Positions 55,179 to 64,000 of a stretch of DNA of 64,000 nt are shown in pieces. The notes under the pieces were generated by a model. The model saw only the letters and a program-made list of their open reading frames with translations, was not told the DNA's origin and did no database searches. Source of the stretch: an uncultured Chloroflexia bacterium (GTDB lineage Bacteria > Chloroflexota > Limnocylindria > Limnocylindrales > CSP1-4); assembly GCA_963748625.1 (NCBI GenBank), contig CAVVJT010000008.1, positions 64,001 to 128,000 on the forward strand, read 5' to 3'. Each line of letters starts with the position of its first letter. Position 1 is the stretch's first letter. Both the position numbers and the translations under genes were made by a program.

Positions 55179-56118
55179 TCAGACGCCGCCGAGGCCCTTC
55201 ATGATCAGGATGATCGCCGGGCCGAGGATGATGATGAACAGCGACGGGAAGATGCACCCGACCAGCGGGAACAGCATCTTGATCGGCGCCTTGGCCGCCA
55301 TCTCCTCTGCGCGCTGGCGGCGCTCGATGCGGAGCTGCTCGGACTGGACCTGCAGCACCTTCGAGATCGAGACGCCCAGCTGCTCGGCCTGGATGACCGC
55401 ACCGATGAAGTTGGTCAGGGCCGGCACCTCGGTGCGCGGGACGATGTCCCGCAGCGCATCGCGGCGCGCCTTGCCCACGCGGATCTCGGCGAGGGCGCGG
55501 CGGAACTCCTCGGTCAGGGGTCCCTTGAGCTTCTCGACCACCTTGGCCAGCGCGCCGTCGAAGCCGAGGCCCGCCCGCACGGAGATCGTGAGCAGGTCGA
55601 GCGCGTCGGGGATGGACAGCAGGACGGCCTTCTGGCGCTTCTTGATCCGGCCGCCAAGCCAGAACTCCGGTGCCATGAAGCCGATGCCGGCGGCCGCGAT
55701 GACCATCAGGAAGTTGACCCCGAGCGGCAGCTTGATCACGCCCGGGACACACGAACAGCAGGACGCCGATGGCTGCGCCGATGATGGTCCCGACCGCCTT
55801 GATGCCCAGCCAGTCGGCGGTGCGGAGGTCGCCGGGGTTGCCCGCGAGCGCGAGCCGCTTCTCGGTGGACTGGCTGAACGAGGTGCTCGTGACCCGCGCC
55901 ACCGATCCGGACAACCGCCCCACGAGCGGGCGGATCGTGCGCTCGAAGACCGGCTGCTGGAGCTCCAGCTCCTCGAGGTTCTTGGCCTGCATCGTGCCCA
56001 GCTGGGTCAGGCGGGCCTGGACCGGGTCGGCTGACGGGTTGGACGCGAGTCCCACGAAGATCAGCAGGATCGCGCCCGCGGCGAGGGCCGCGATGAGGAT
56101 GGGCATCATTCCGTCCAC
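55179..56118 (-). CDS. tadC: Flp pilus assembly inner-membrane protein TadC (frameshift near 55750)
   Basis: T2SS-F domain PDALDLLTISVRAGLGF, QAEQLG, AEEMAAKAPIKMLFPL. Confidence 0.9.
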
Positions 56119-56120
56119 GG

Positions 56121-57138
56121 CTAGACCTCGATATCCACGATCTTGCGGATGAGCATGAAGCCGATGAACATCGAGATGCCGCCGAGGAACAGGATGAGCA
56201 CGCCCAGCGGCAGGCCGAGGAAGCCCGGGCGGGTTCATGAACAGCGGCGCCATGAAGCTGGGCGCGAGGATGAACAGGAAGCCCGCCAGGCCGATCGGCA
56301 GGAACCCGACCACGTAGCCCGACATCCGCTGCTGGGCGGTGAGCGTGTTGATCTCGCCCTTGATCCGGACGCGCTCACGGATGGTGAACGCGATCGAATC
56401 GAGGATCTCGGCGAGGTTGCCACCCACCGTGTGCTGGATCGAGATGGCCGTTGCCATGAGCTCCAGGTCGTCCGAGCGCACACGGCGGACCATGTTCTCG
56501 AGCGCCGTGTCGAACGAGAGGCCCAGGTTGACCTCACGGATGACGCGGTTGAACTCCGTGGAGACCGGCGGCCGGCCCTCGCGGACCACCAGCTCGATCG
56601 CCTGGAGGAAGGACGAGCCGGCGCGCAGGGCGTTCGCGATGAGGGTGATCGTGTCGGGCAGCTGCTTGTTGAACGCCTTGATGCGGCCCGACTTGCGACG
56701 GCCGAGCCAGAAGCGCGGCAGCATGAAGCCCACCAGGGTGCCCACCAGCAGGAACAGCGGGTTCCCGAGGGCCGGCATGACGACGGACAGCGCGAGCATC
56801 ACGACCGGCACGCCGACGGTGACGCCTGCCCACAGCATCAGGTACTCGGAGACCTTCAGCTGCAGGTCCGCTCGCGCGAGCTCCCGGGCCAGGTTGGCCC
56901 CGAAGTCCCGCTGCTCCACGACCTTGTTGATCTGGGCCATCGCGGCGCTGGACTGGATGGCGGTGGCGAGGTTCTGGCTGTCGCCATCGCCCTTGGCGGC
57001 CTTGTCAGGGCGGCCGGAGGCGTACCGCTCCAGGCGGGCATTGATCCCGCTGCCACTGCTCGACATCGCGATGCCCACCGCGATCAGCAGGATCGCGAGG
57101 GCCGCAACAGCGGCAATGACGAGGGTCATCGTGTCCAC
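56121..57138 (-). CDS. tadB: Flp pilus assembly inner-membrane protein TadB (frameshift near 56225)
   Basis: QLPDTITLIANALRAGSS, GGNLAEIL, LTAQQRMS; C-terminus RKIVDIEV in the other frame. Confidence 0.9.
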
Positions 57139-57159
57139 GGCTGCTGGCTTGCCTCCGTG

Positions 57160-58575
57160 CTAGTACTGGAAGCCGAAGAGGCCCGGCGGCAGGTGGATGC
57201 CCTGGACCTCGAACTTCTCGACGAACTTGGGCCGGATGCCGGTCGGCTTGAGGCGGCCCTCGATCTTGCCCTCAGTCACGCCCGTCTGCTCGAAGACGAA
57301 GACGTCCTGCATCACGATCACATCACCTTCCATGCCCTGGACCTCGGTGATGTTGGTGATGCGCCGCGTGCCGTCCTTGAGGCGGGCCTGGTGGACGATG
57401 AGGTCCACCGCAGACGCGATCTGCTCGCGGATGGCGCGGACCGGGAGGTCCACGCCGGCCATGAGGACCATCGTCTCGAGGCGCGAGAGCATGTCGCGCG
57501 GACTGTTGGCGTGGCCGGTGGACATCGAGCCGTCATGGCCCGTGTTCATGGCCTGGAGCATGTCGAGCGCCTCACCCGAGCGGCACTCCCCGACGATGAT
57601 GCGGTCAGGGCGCATGCGCAGGGAGTTGCGGACGAGCTCGCGGATCGGGATGGCGCCCCGGCCCTCGATGTTGGGCGGGCGGGATTCGAGGGTGACCACG
57701 TGCTCCTGGCGGAGCTGCAGCTCAGCGGCGTCCTCGATGGTGACGATCCGCTCGTCGTTGGGGATGAACGACGAGAGCACGTTGAGGGTGGTGGTCTTGC
57801 CGGAGCCCGTGCCGCCGGAGACGAAGATGTTGAGCCGGGCCTCCACGGAGGCGCGCAGGAACTCGAACATGTCGGCCGTGGCGGATCCGAAGCGGACCAG
57901 GTCGTCCACGGTGAGCGGGCTGGCGGAGAACTTCCGGATGGTGATCACCGGGCCCACGAGCGACAGGGGCGGGATGATCGCGTTCACGCGGGAGCCGTCG
58001 GTCAGGCGGGCGTCGACCATCGGCGAGGACTCGTCCACGCGCCGGCCGATCGGGGAGATGATCCGATCGATGATGCGCATGACGTGGTCGTCGTTCTGGA
58101 AGACCACGTTGGTCAGCTCCAGGCGGCCACTGCGCTCGATGTAGACCTGGCGCGGGCCGTTGACCATCACCTCCGAGATCGACTCGTCGCGGAGCAGGGG
58201 CTCCAGCGGGCCGAGGCCGATGATCTCGTCGGTGATCTGCTCCAGCATGCGCACCCGCTCGGCGCGGGTGAGCGCGAGGCCCTCCTCGTCGATGACGCGC
58301 CCGAAGATCTCCTCGATCTGGCGGCGCACCTCGACCTGGTTCGAGAGGTCCAGCTTGGGATCCAGGTCCTGGATCACGCGGCTCTGGATCCGGAACTTGA
58401 CGTCCCGGAAGGACTCGCGGACCGGGGCCTGCGTCATCAGGCGCCCGGCAGGCGCCTGGGGCTGGGCCGGCTGGCCGCCCGTCCCGCCCGGCGTTGTCGC
58501 CGGCAGGTTCGACTGCCCCTCGGGTCCCGCCCCGGCGCCGGGACGGGCGCTCTCGATCCTCTTGAGGAGACTCAT
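57160..58575 (-). CDS. cpaF: Flp pilus assembly ATPase CpaF/TadA
   Basis: GGTGSGKTT, TIEDAAEL, LRMRPDRIIVGE, AMNTGHDG. Confidence 0.96.
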   Translation of the reverse strand: MSLLKRIESARPGAGAGPEGQSNLPATTPGGTGGQPAQPQAPAGRLMTQAPVRESFRDVKFRIQSRVIQDLDPKLDLSNQVEVRRQIEEIFGRVIDEEGLALTRAERVRMLEQITDEIIGLGPLEPLLRDESISEVMVNGPRQVYIERSGRLELTNVVFQNDDHVMRIIDRIISPIGRRVDESSPMVDARLTDGSRVNAIIPPLSLVGPVITIRKFSASPLTVDDLVRFGSATADMFEFLRASVEARLNIFVSGGTGSGKTTTLNVLSSFIPNDERIVTIEDAAELQLRQEHVVTLESRPPNIEGRGAIPIRELVRNSLRMRPDRIIVGECRSGEALDMLQAMNTGHDGSMSTGHANSPRDMLSRLETMVLMAGVDLPVRAIREQIASAVDLIVHQARLKDGTRRITNITEVQGMEGDVIVMQDVFVFEQTGVTEGKIEGRLKPTGIRPKFVEKFEVQGIHLPPGLFGFQY

Positions 58576-58619
58576 CGGTTACACCCCTTCGACCGCTGAC
58601 GGTCGCATGCCCTGCCGCA

Positions 58620-59893
58620 TCATCGCCACGCGAACAGCGACTTCTTCTGTGCTGCCTTCTTGCCCTCTGCGGCGCTGACGGTCCGGGAACCGCCGGCCAC
58701 CGCGGATGCCAGCCGCAGGACGTCCTGGGACACCTGCGCCTCCCTGTTGGACAGGAAGAACGGCACACCCCGATTGAGCGCGTACACGACGCTCCGGCCA
58801 TCGGAGACGATCGTGTGGTCCACGCGCCGGCCGATCGAGTGCTCGACGTCGGCGACGCGGATGCCGAGCGATGAGTCGGCGCGGTTCAGGACCAGCCTGA
58901 CCTTGTCGGACTCGTAGCCCAGCTGCTCGGCCACCTCAAGGAAGAGGCGGATGTTCTTGATGGACGTGATCTCGAGCGACAGCATCGTGAGGACGACGTC
59001 GGCGAGATCCAGGATTGCGAGGGTCGTGTCGTTGAACGACGACATGCAGTCCACGACCACCAGGTCGTGCGTGGCGCGCAGCGCCTCGAGCATGTGCTTG
59101 GTCCCGGCGGGCGTGATGAGCTCAGCCATCTCCGGGGAGGGAGGCGCGAGGAGCACCCGGATGCCCGCCGAGTGGTTGATCAGGAACGTGTCGAGTGAAT
59201 TCGAGCTCCCCGGCTTCGAGCTCGGGGATCAGATCCGCGACGGACTTGTTCTTGGGGTTGAGGTTGAGCAGGACGCCAACGTCCCCGAACTGGAACGAGG
59301 CGTCCACGAGACAGGTCTTCTTGCCCAGCTCGGTGGCCGCGGCGACCGCGAGGTTGACCGCGAGGGTGGTCCGACCCGACGCCGCCCTTGGGGCCGAAGA
59401 CGGCCACGATGCGGCCAGGCTCGCCATCCTCAGGGCCGCCCGTGACGGGCCTGGCAGGCATCCCGGCGGCCGTCGCGGCCGGGGCCGGCTGCACGGCGAT
59501 CCGCGAGAGCTTGTCGCGCTCCCGGGTGTAGACCTGGCGGATCGACGCGGTGAGCTCGTCGGAGGAGAACGGCTTGACCAGGAACTCGCGCGCACCGGCC
59601 AGCATCGACCGGCGCAGGTAGTCCGCCTCGCCCTGCACGGACATCATCACGACGGCCGCGGAGGGGACCTCGGACGACATGCGTTCCGTCGCCGCGATCC
59701 CGTCCATGTCAGGCATGTTGATGTCCATCAGGACGACGTCCGGCTTGAGCCGGGCGGCCATCTCGAGTGCCTCGCGCCCGGACGCCGCCGCCCCGACGAC
59801 CTCGATGTCCGTCTCGAAGCCGAGCAGCTTCGCGAGGTGATCGCGGGTCTCCGGGATGTCGTCGACGATCAGGACGCGGATCTGATCTGTCAT
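58620..59893 (-). CDS. cpaE: CpaE/TadZ: receiver domain plus MinD/ParA-like ATPase (frameshifts near 59375 and 59198)
   Basis: LIVDD..MDINMP..FLVKP receiver; GPKGGVG|RTT; QFGDV; LLAPPSPE; LVLNR. Confidence 0.88.
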
Positions 59894-60017
59894 GGGTTGG
59901 TGCGCTGGCCTCGTCTGGTCGCAGGGGTGGCGGAACGAGCGTCCGGTGGCGCTGGAGCGGTGGCCGTGACCCCGATCGACCGGTTTCACCACCGGCCGAT
60001 CGGTCGCGGGTGGCCGC

Positions 60018-60955
60018 CTACGGCTTGGGCGTCTTGAACTCCGTGCCCGGGTAGGGGGTGGGCTGGATGACCTGGATCACCTGCGGCGGCAGGACGCCCC
60101 GATCGTCGACGAGGCGACGCAGGGTGATGCCGGTGGTGGCCACGATCGGGCAGTACGGCTGGCCGTCCGCAGGCTCGGTCGTGCAGTCCTCGCTGGAGCG
60201 GAGCACCAGGCTGATGCTGCCGTCCATCTGGCTGAACTTGATGACCTCGGCCTCCTGGAGCGGGACCGCCAGGATGACGATCTGCTGCTGGCCGTTGAGC
60301 GTGGTGGTGGGCGCGGAGCTGGCCGCCGGGCTGGCCTCGGCCGTGTTGTTCTCCGAGGGCGGCGGCAGGAGGGTTCCCAGGACCTGGAGGCCCTGCGAGA
60401 GGACCTTGACGCTGGTGAGCGGTGTAGGGGAGCGTCTCGGTGACGAAGTTCGCGCCCGGGCTGGGCTGCGGGTTGCTCACCACAAGGGGCCACTTGTCGG
60501 CGGCGGTGAAGCCGCTGATGACATCCACGAAGTCACCCGGCTTGATGACCGTGCCGACGCCGGTGACCTGGTCCACCTGGACCGCGACGGCCACGAAGCC
60601 GGCCGGAGCCTTGATGTCCGAGACGATCGCCGCCGCCGGTGAGGATCGTGCTGGTGATGAGCTGCTGGGCGGTGACTGGCGCACGCGCGATCTGGCCGAT
60701 GACCAGCGAGGTGTCGCCGTAGGAGTCCCCGGGCTTCTCCGCGATGGGGATGTCCTTGGTGGTCAGCATGGCGGCGGTGATGGTCGCGCCCAGGGCGATG
60801 TCCGTCTTGGCGACGACCACCGCGGCCGTGGTGGGTGGCGTGGGCGACGCGTCAGGCCGACTGGATGGGAGGACGCCCCCGAACGCGATGAGGGCGAACA
60901 CCACGAGTGCAAGAAAGATCCCGATCAGCAGGACCAGTCTGTTCGATCGCTTCAA
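60018..60955 (-). CDS. cpaB: Flp pilus assembly protein CpaB/RcpC (frameshifts near 60630 and 60420)
   Basis: TM helix, SAF domain VVVAKTDIALG, IKPGDFVDV, ISLVLRS across three frames. Confidence 0.85.
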
Positions 60956-61163
60956 CGAGCTACTCCCCGAGCCGATGTGACAGGCTGCACCACTCTAACA
61001 GGCTGTTTCCTGCAGGCGAGTAGCCAGATGGGCTAGTACCACTGGCAAGAAATGGGCGGATCGCCAGCGTGGGGCAAGGTACCTGCAAGGAAGCCGCGTG
61101 GACAGTGTCACCATTCTGACACTGTGCTCCCGCAGCGGCTAGAGACAAACAGCGCATGAAACA

Positions 61164-61196
61164 GACAACCCGCCGGGAGGACTCCCGACGGGTTGT
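61164..61196 (-). terminator. Hairpin after flp, before cpaB
   Basis: ACAACCCG.CGGGAG-GA-CTCCCG.CGGGTTGT followed by CTGTTT on the minus strand. Confidence 0.65.
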
Positions 61197-61224
61197 CGAG
61201 CTTGCGTGCTGAGCGGTCGGCGAG

Positions 61225-61418
61225 TTACGGGGCGTTCGACGAGATCGTGTCCCCGATGATCGTCAGCTTGTCGCTGATCTGGCTGCCCAGGAAGAGCAGC
61301 GCGACGATGGCCACGACCGCGATCAGCGCCAGGATGAGTGCGTACTCGGCGAGCCCCTGGCCTCCTCCTCGTCCTGACGGACGAGGACGGAGCACAGGCG
61401 CTCGACCAGCATGCTCAC
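61225..61418 (-). CDS. flp: Flp family type IVb pilin 1 (indel in leader region)
   Basis: GQGLAEYALILALIAVVAIVALLFLGSQISDKLTIIGDTISSNAP*; RBS GGAGGTG. Confidence 0.85.
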
Positions 61419-61602
61419 GTTGGTCACCTCCCTTGCGGGGCGGTGTGCCCCATGGTCGGGGCCTCCGGGCGTCGATCGAAGCCGGTGACCGCCCCCGGGA
61501 CGATCACCTCCGGTGCCGGCGGTTCCGGCACCTGCCCGGAAAGAACGTCGCCGGCTGCCGCAGGCGAACCGGGCAACCGGCGATCTGACCAGCTGGTCGC
61601 TC

Positions 61603-61776
61603 CTAGACGGACTTGCCGACGGTGTTGAGGATGCCGGAGATCGCGCCGCCGAGGAACAGCAGGGCGACGATCGCGACGATGGCGATGAGCGCGAGGATCA
61701 GCGCGTACTCGGCGAGACCCTGGCCCTCCTCACTGTCGAAGGAAAGAGAAGAGATGAGTGCGGGAAGGAACGACAT
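61603..61776 (-). CDS. flp: Flp family type IVb pilin 2
   Basis: EEG|QGLAEYALIL Flp motif; RBS AAGGAGGTG. Confidence 0.93.
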   Translation of the reverse strand: MSFLPALISSLSFDSEEGQGLAEYALILALIAIVAIVALLFLGGAISGILNTVGKSV

Positions 61777-61941
61777 GTCTGGTTTCACCTCCTTTCCGGT
61801 GCAATGTCTGCCCGAGGGCAGCGAGGCGACGGTAGGCCTGTCGCGCAGGTGTCAATTGGACATAAGGGCTATGCCGGCAGCTACTGGTGCGCGGACGCCT
61901 ACATCGTCCGGCGTGATCCGCCCAGGCGCGCGCACCGAACG

Positions 61942-61971
61942 AAAGGCCGCCGGGATGTCCCGGCGGCCTTC
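61942..61971 (-). terminator. Intrinsic terminator after flp 3
   Basis: AAGGCCGCCGGGA-TG-TCCCGGCGGCCTT stem, then TTTCGTT on the minus strand. Confidence 0.75.
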
Positions 61972-61994
61972 GTACGCGTTGTCGCGAGCGTCGC

Positions 61995-62168
61995 CTAGAC
62001 GGACTCGCCGACGGCGTTGAGGATGCCGGAGATCGCGCCGCCGAGGAACAGCAGGGCGACGATCGCGACGATGGCGATGAGCGCGAGGATCAGCGCGTAC
62101 TCGGCGAGACCCTGGCCCTCCTCGTCCTGGTTGAACGAGGCGAGGAACGACTGGAGCATAACGGCCAT
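61995..62168 (-). CDS. flp: Flp family type IVb pilin 3
   Basis: DEEG|QGLAEYALIL; RBS GGAGGT. Confidence 0.93.
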   Translation of the reverse strand: MAVMLQSFLASFNQDEEGQGLAEYALILALIAIVAIVALLFLGGAISGILNAVGESV

Positions 62169-62252
62169 GTGATGAACCTCCAGGATGAGACCTACCCCAA
62201 CGAAACTGTCGGAGGACTCGTACGTTACCCCTGGGTCGGGAGGAGCACCAGT

Positions 62253-62266
62253 AGGACGAAAGTCCT
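62253..62266. promoter_or_regulatory. Palindrome AGGAC-GAAA-GTCCT upstream of flp 3; candidate NarL-family response regulator site
   Basis: Perfect 5-4-5 inverted repeat resembling the DosR-box core GGGACT-NN-AGTCCC. Confidence 0.5.
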
Positions 62267-62331
62267 CTGCGGTCCGTCCGAGAGTGGTACTCCCGCTCGC
62301 TCCGCACCGTCCGCGCTCGGTCGGGACCGCC

Positions 62332-62496
62332 TCAGCGCCCGCCCTGGCCCGCTGCCGGGATGAGCGCCACCAGCTCGGCCAGCCAGCCGCTGCCGAAGAA
62401 GAGGAGCACGCCGGCGAACAGGAGCGCCAGGACCAGCACAAGCGCGGTCTCGAGCGCCCCGGGGCCCGTGTCGCGCCGATGGGCCGGCGTGCTCAT
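62332..62496 (-). CDS. Small divergent Flp-like/minor pilin (54 aa)
   Basis: MSTPAHRRDTG|[24 protein letters not shown]...; ATG overlaps the kinase TGA; below the ORF-track size cutoff. Confidence 0.7.
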   Translation of the reverse strand: MSTPAHRRDTGPGALETALVLVLALLFAGVLLFFGSGWLAELVALIPAAGQGGR

Positions 62497-63731
62497 CGCC
62501 CGGCCCCGTCCTGTGCATCGGGCGGCAGCGGAACCACGAGGCGGATCTCACCGCCCCCGGCCAGGATCTCCACATGCGCATCGATCGAGGCCGCCCGGGC
62601 ACGCACATCGCGGCGGGTGGTCGCGGGCAAGGCGACGATCGCCTCCACCTCCGCAGCATCCACGGCGGCGCGCCGGGCATCGTGGCGGTCCTGCATCATC
62701 TGGCGCAGGGCGTCGGGCACGTCGCCGTCCGGCACGCCACCGCTGGCCACCAGCTCATCGGGCAGGACCGCAGACCGGTGGGCGGAGAGCCGTGCCTCCA
62801 GGACGTCACCCCATTCCAGGCGCAGCAGCACCCGCTCCGGGGCGAGACCCAGGAACGCGATCATCGCCTCGTCCAGGATCCGGAATGCCGCGCTCTCGAC
62901 GTCCACCGGCAGGCGCCGGTCCTGGCCGATCGACTCGAACTCCACCGGGATGTGCGACCGCCGCCCACGCTCGCGAGCAGAGCGGCGCAGGGTGGGCACG
63001 AGCCCGAGGTCGTCGAGGACCATCGGGCGCACGTCGAAGATGAAGCCCTTCGTGGCCTCGAGCGTGTGCTGGACCATCGACACGAGGAGACGGGCCTCCC
63101 CGCGGGCAGAGGCCGGTTCGCGGTCCAGGAGCCGGTCCACGATCTGTGCCTGGAGCACGATGTTGGTCAGCGACTGGGCGGGCCCGTCGTGCATCGCGCG
63201 GGCGATCTCGCGGCGCAGGTCCTCCTGGGCGCTCAGGACCACACGCGACACCGACGGCGGCAGGCGCTCTGCGATCTCCGTGGCATCCGCGCCGGCCGGG
63301 CTTCCAGCGGTCTGGGCCGCTGCCGCGGCCGCGGCCGCCGCCGCGACGGCAGCGAGCTCCTCGGGAGAGATGCCGGCGAGCCGCTCAAGGACCGCTCCGA
63401 GCGCCGCCCGATGCCGGGTGAGCGCCTTGTGCTTGGCCACCAGGATCTCGACCTGGGCCTCCATCAGGGTGGCCCGCTTGGTCATCGTGACCAGCTGCCC
63501 GTACGCCTCGACAAGCTCATCGGGCGAGCCGCCTCCCGGGGCGGCGACCTTCTCGGCCGCCTGGACGCGCTTCTGCTCATGACGTTGCGTCTCGGTCCGG
63601 GCCTGCCCGATCAGCAGCTGGATCTCGGCCAGCTCAAGGTCGAGCGCGGCGGCATCCGAGGTCAGTTGGGCAGCGAGGGAGGCGACGCCGTCTGCGGGGT
63701 CGGTGGTCATCGGTTCTGCAGGGCCGGCCAT
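62493..63731 (-). CDS. DegS-like cytoplasmic histidine kinase (HisKA_3) with degenerate ATP-binding domain
   Basis: Coiled-coil N-terminus, AQEDLRREIARAMHDGPAQSL, DVRPMVLDDLGLVPTL; N, G1 and G2 boxes not recognisable. Confidence 0.85.
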   Translation of the reverse strand: MAGPAEPMTTDPADGVASLAAQLTSDAAALDLELAEIQLLIGQARTETQRHEQKRVQAAEKVAAPGGGSPDELVEAYGQLVTMTKRATLMEAQVEILVAKHKALTRHRAALGAVLERLAGISPEELAAVAAAAAAAAAAQTAGSPAGADATEIAERLPPSVSRVVLSAQEDLRREIARAMHDGPAQSLTNIVLQAQIVDRLLDREPASARGEARLLVSMVQHTLEATKGFIFDVRPMVLDDLGLVPTLRRSARERGRRSHIPVEFESIGQDRRLPVDVESAAFRILDEAMIAFLGLAPERVLLRLEWGDVLEARLSAHRSAVLPDELVASGGVPDGDVPDALRQMMQDRHDARRAAVDAAEVEAIVALPATTRRDVRARAASIDAHVEILAGGGEIRLVVPLPPDAQDGAGR

Positions 63732-63748
63732 GGCACCGCGCGTGCCGC

Positions 63749-64000
63749 TCAGTCCTCCGGCATCCGGATCCAGCCCTGGCGCATCGCGTACACCACGGCC
63801 TGGGTCCGGTCGTTCACGGAGAGCTTGCGCAGAATGGAGCTCATGTGGTTCTTGACCGTCTGCTCGCTGATCGAGAGCGCGTAGGCCACCTGCTTGTTGG
63901 TCATGCCCTGGGCGATGTTGTCCAGGATCTCGATCTCACGCGGGGAGAGCGGGGCGAAGATCGGCACGGCCTCCTGGCCGTAGATGGCCAGGTCACGGAA
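63749..64000 (-). CDS. NarL/DegU family response regulator, C-terminal LuxR HTH (partial)
   Basis: LSPREIEIL..IAQGMTNKQVA..LSISEQTVKNHMSSILRKL...DRTQAV. Confidence 0.93.
   Translation of the reverse strand, partial: FRDLAIYGQEAVPIFAPLSPREIEILDNIAQGMTNKQVAYALSISEQTVKNHMSSILRKLSVNDRTQAVVYAMRQGWIRMPED

Noticed and set aside
61777-61940. c-di-GMP riboswitch upstream of flp
   Set aside because: GEMM conserved elements (GCAAA, GAAA tetraloop and receptor) were not found.
61603-62123. DGR template/variable repeat pair (both differences at adenines)
   Set aside because: Only two differences, both copies are complete genes, and there is no reverse transcriptase in the window.

Overview
High-GC bacterial chromosomal segment, probably Chloroflexota (Limnocylindria/Ellin6529-like). 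This assignment is an inference from the NLPY-type PrmC, the secretin-less Tad system and the Terrabacteria gene order. Five blocks: (1) 1-17.3 kb, methylated-amine/betaine demethylation island with a pterin-binding methyltransferase, a corrinoid protein, a non-pyrrolysine MttB, three GcvT-family flavoproteins, EtfBA, an atypical enolase-superfamily enzyme, two IclR and one TetR regulator, and recognisable operators. (2) 17.5-21.2 kb, a lipoprotein copper nitrite reductase with an extra N-terminal cupredoxin, a divergent His-containing polytopic membrane protein and an Fe-S Rrf2 regulator. (3) 21.4-46.9 kb, core genes DUF1385-prfA-prmC-HAD-tsaC-glyA-tagO/wecA, two surface proteins, the atp operon, murA (Cys->Asp) and mreB. 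(4) 46.9-53.5 kb, envelope-modification genes, nfo and hpf. (5) 53.7-64 kb, comF, DUF192 and a Tad/Flp pilus locus with four pilin-like genes downstream of a DegU-like regulator and a DegS-like kinase whose ATP-binding boxes are degenerate. About 16 apparent single-base frameshifts are present and are probably long-read assembly errors. No rRNA, tRNA, CRISPR array or transposase was recognised.
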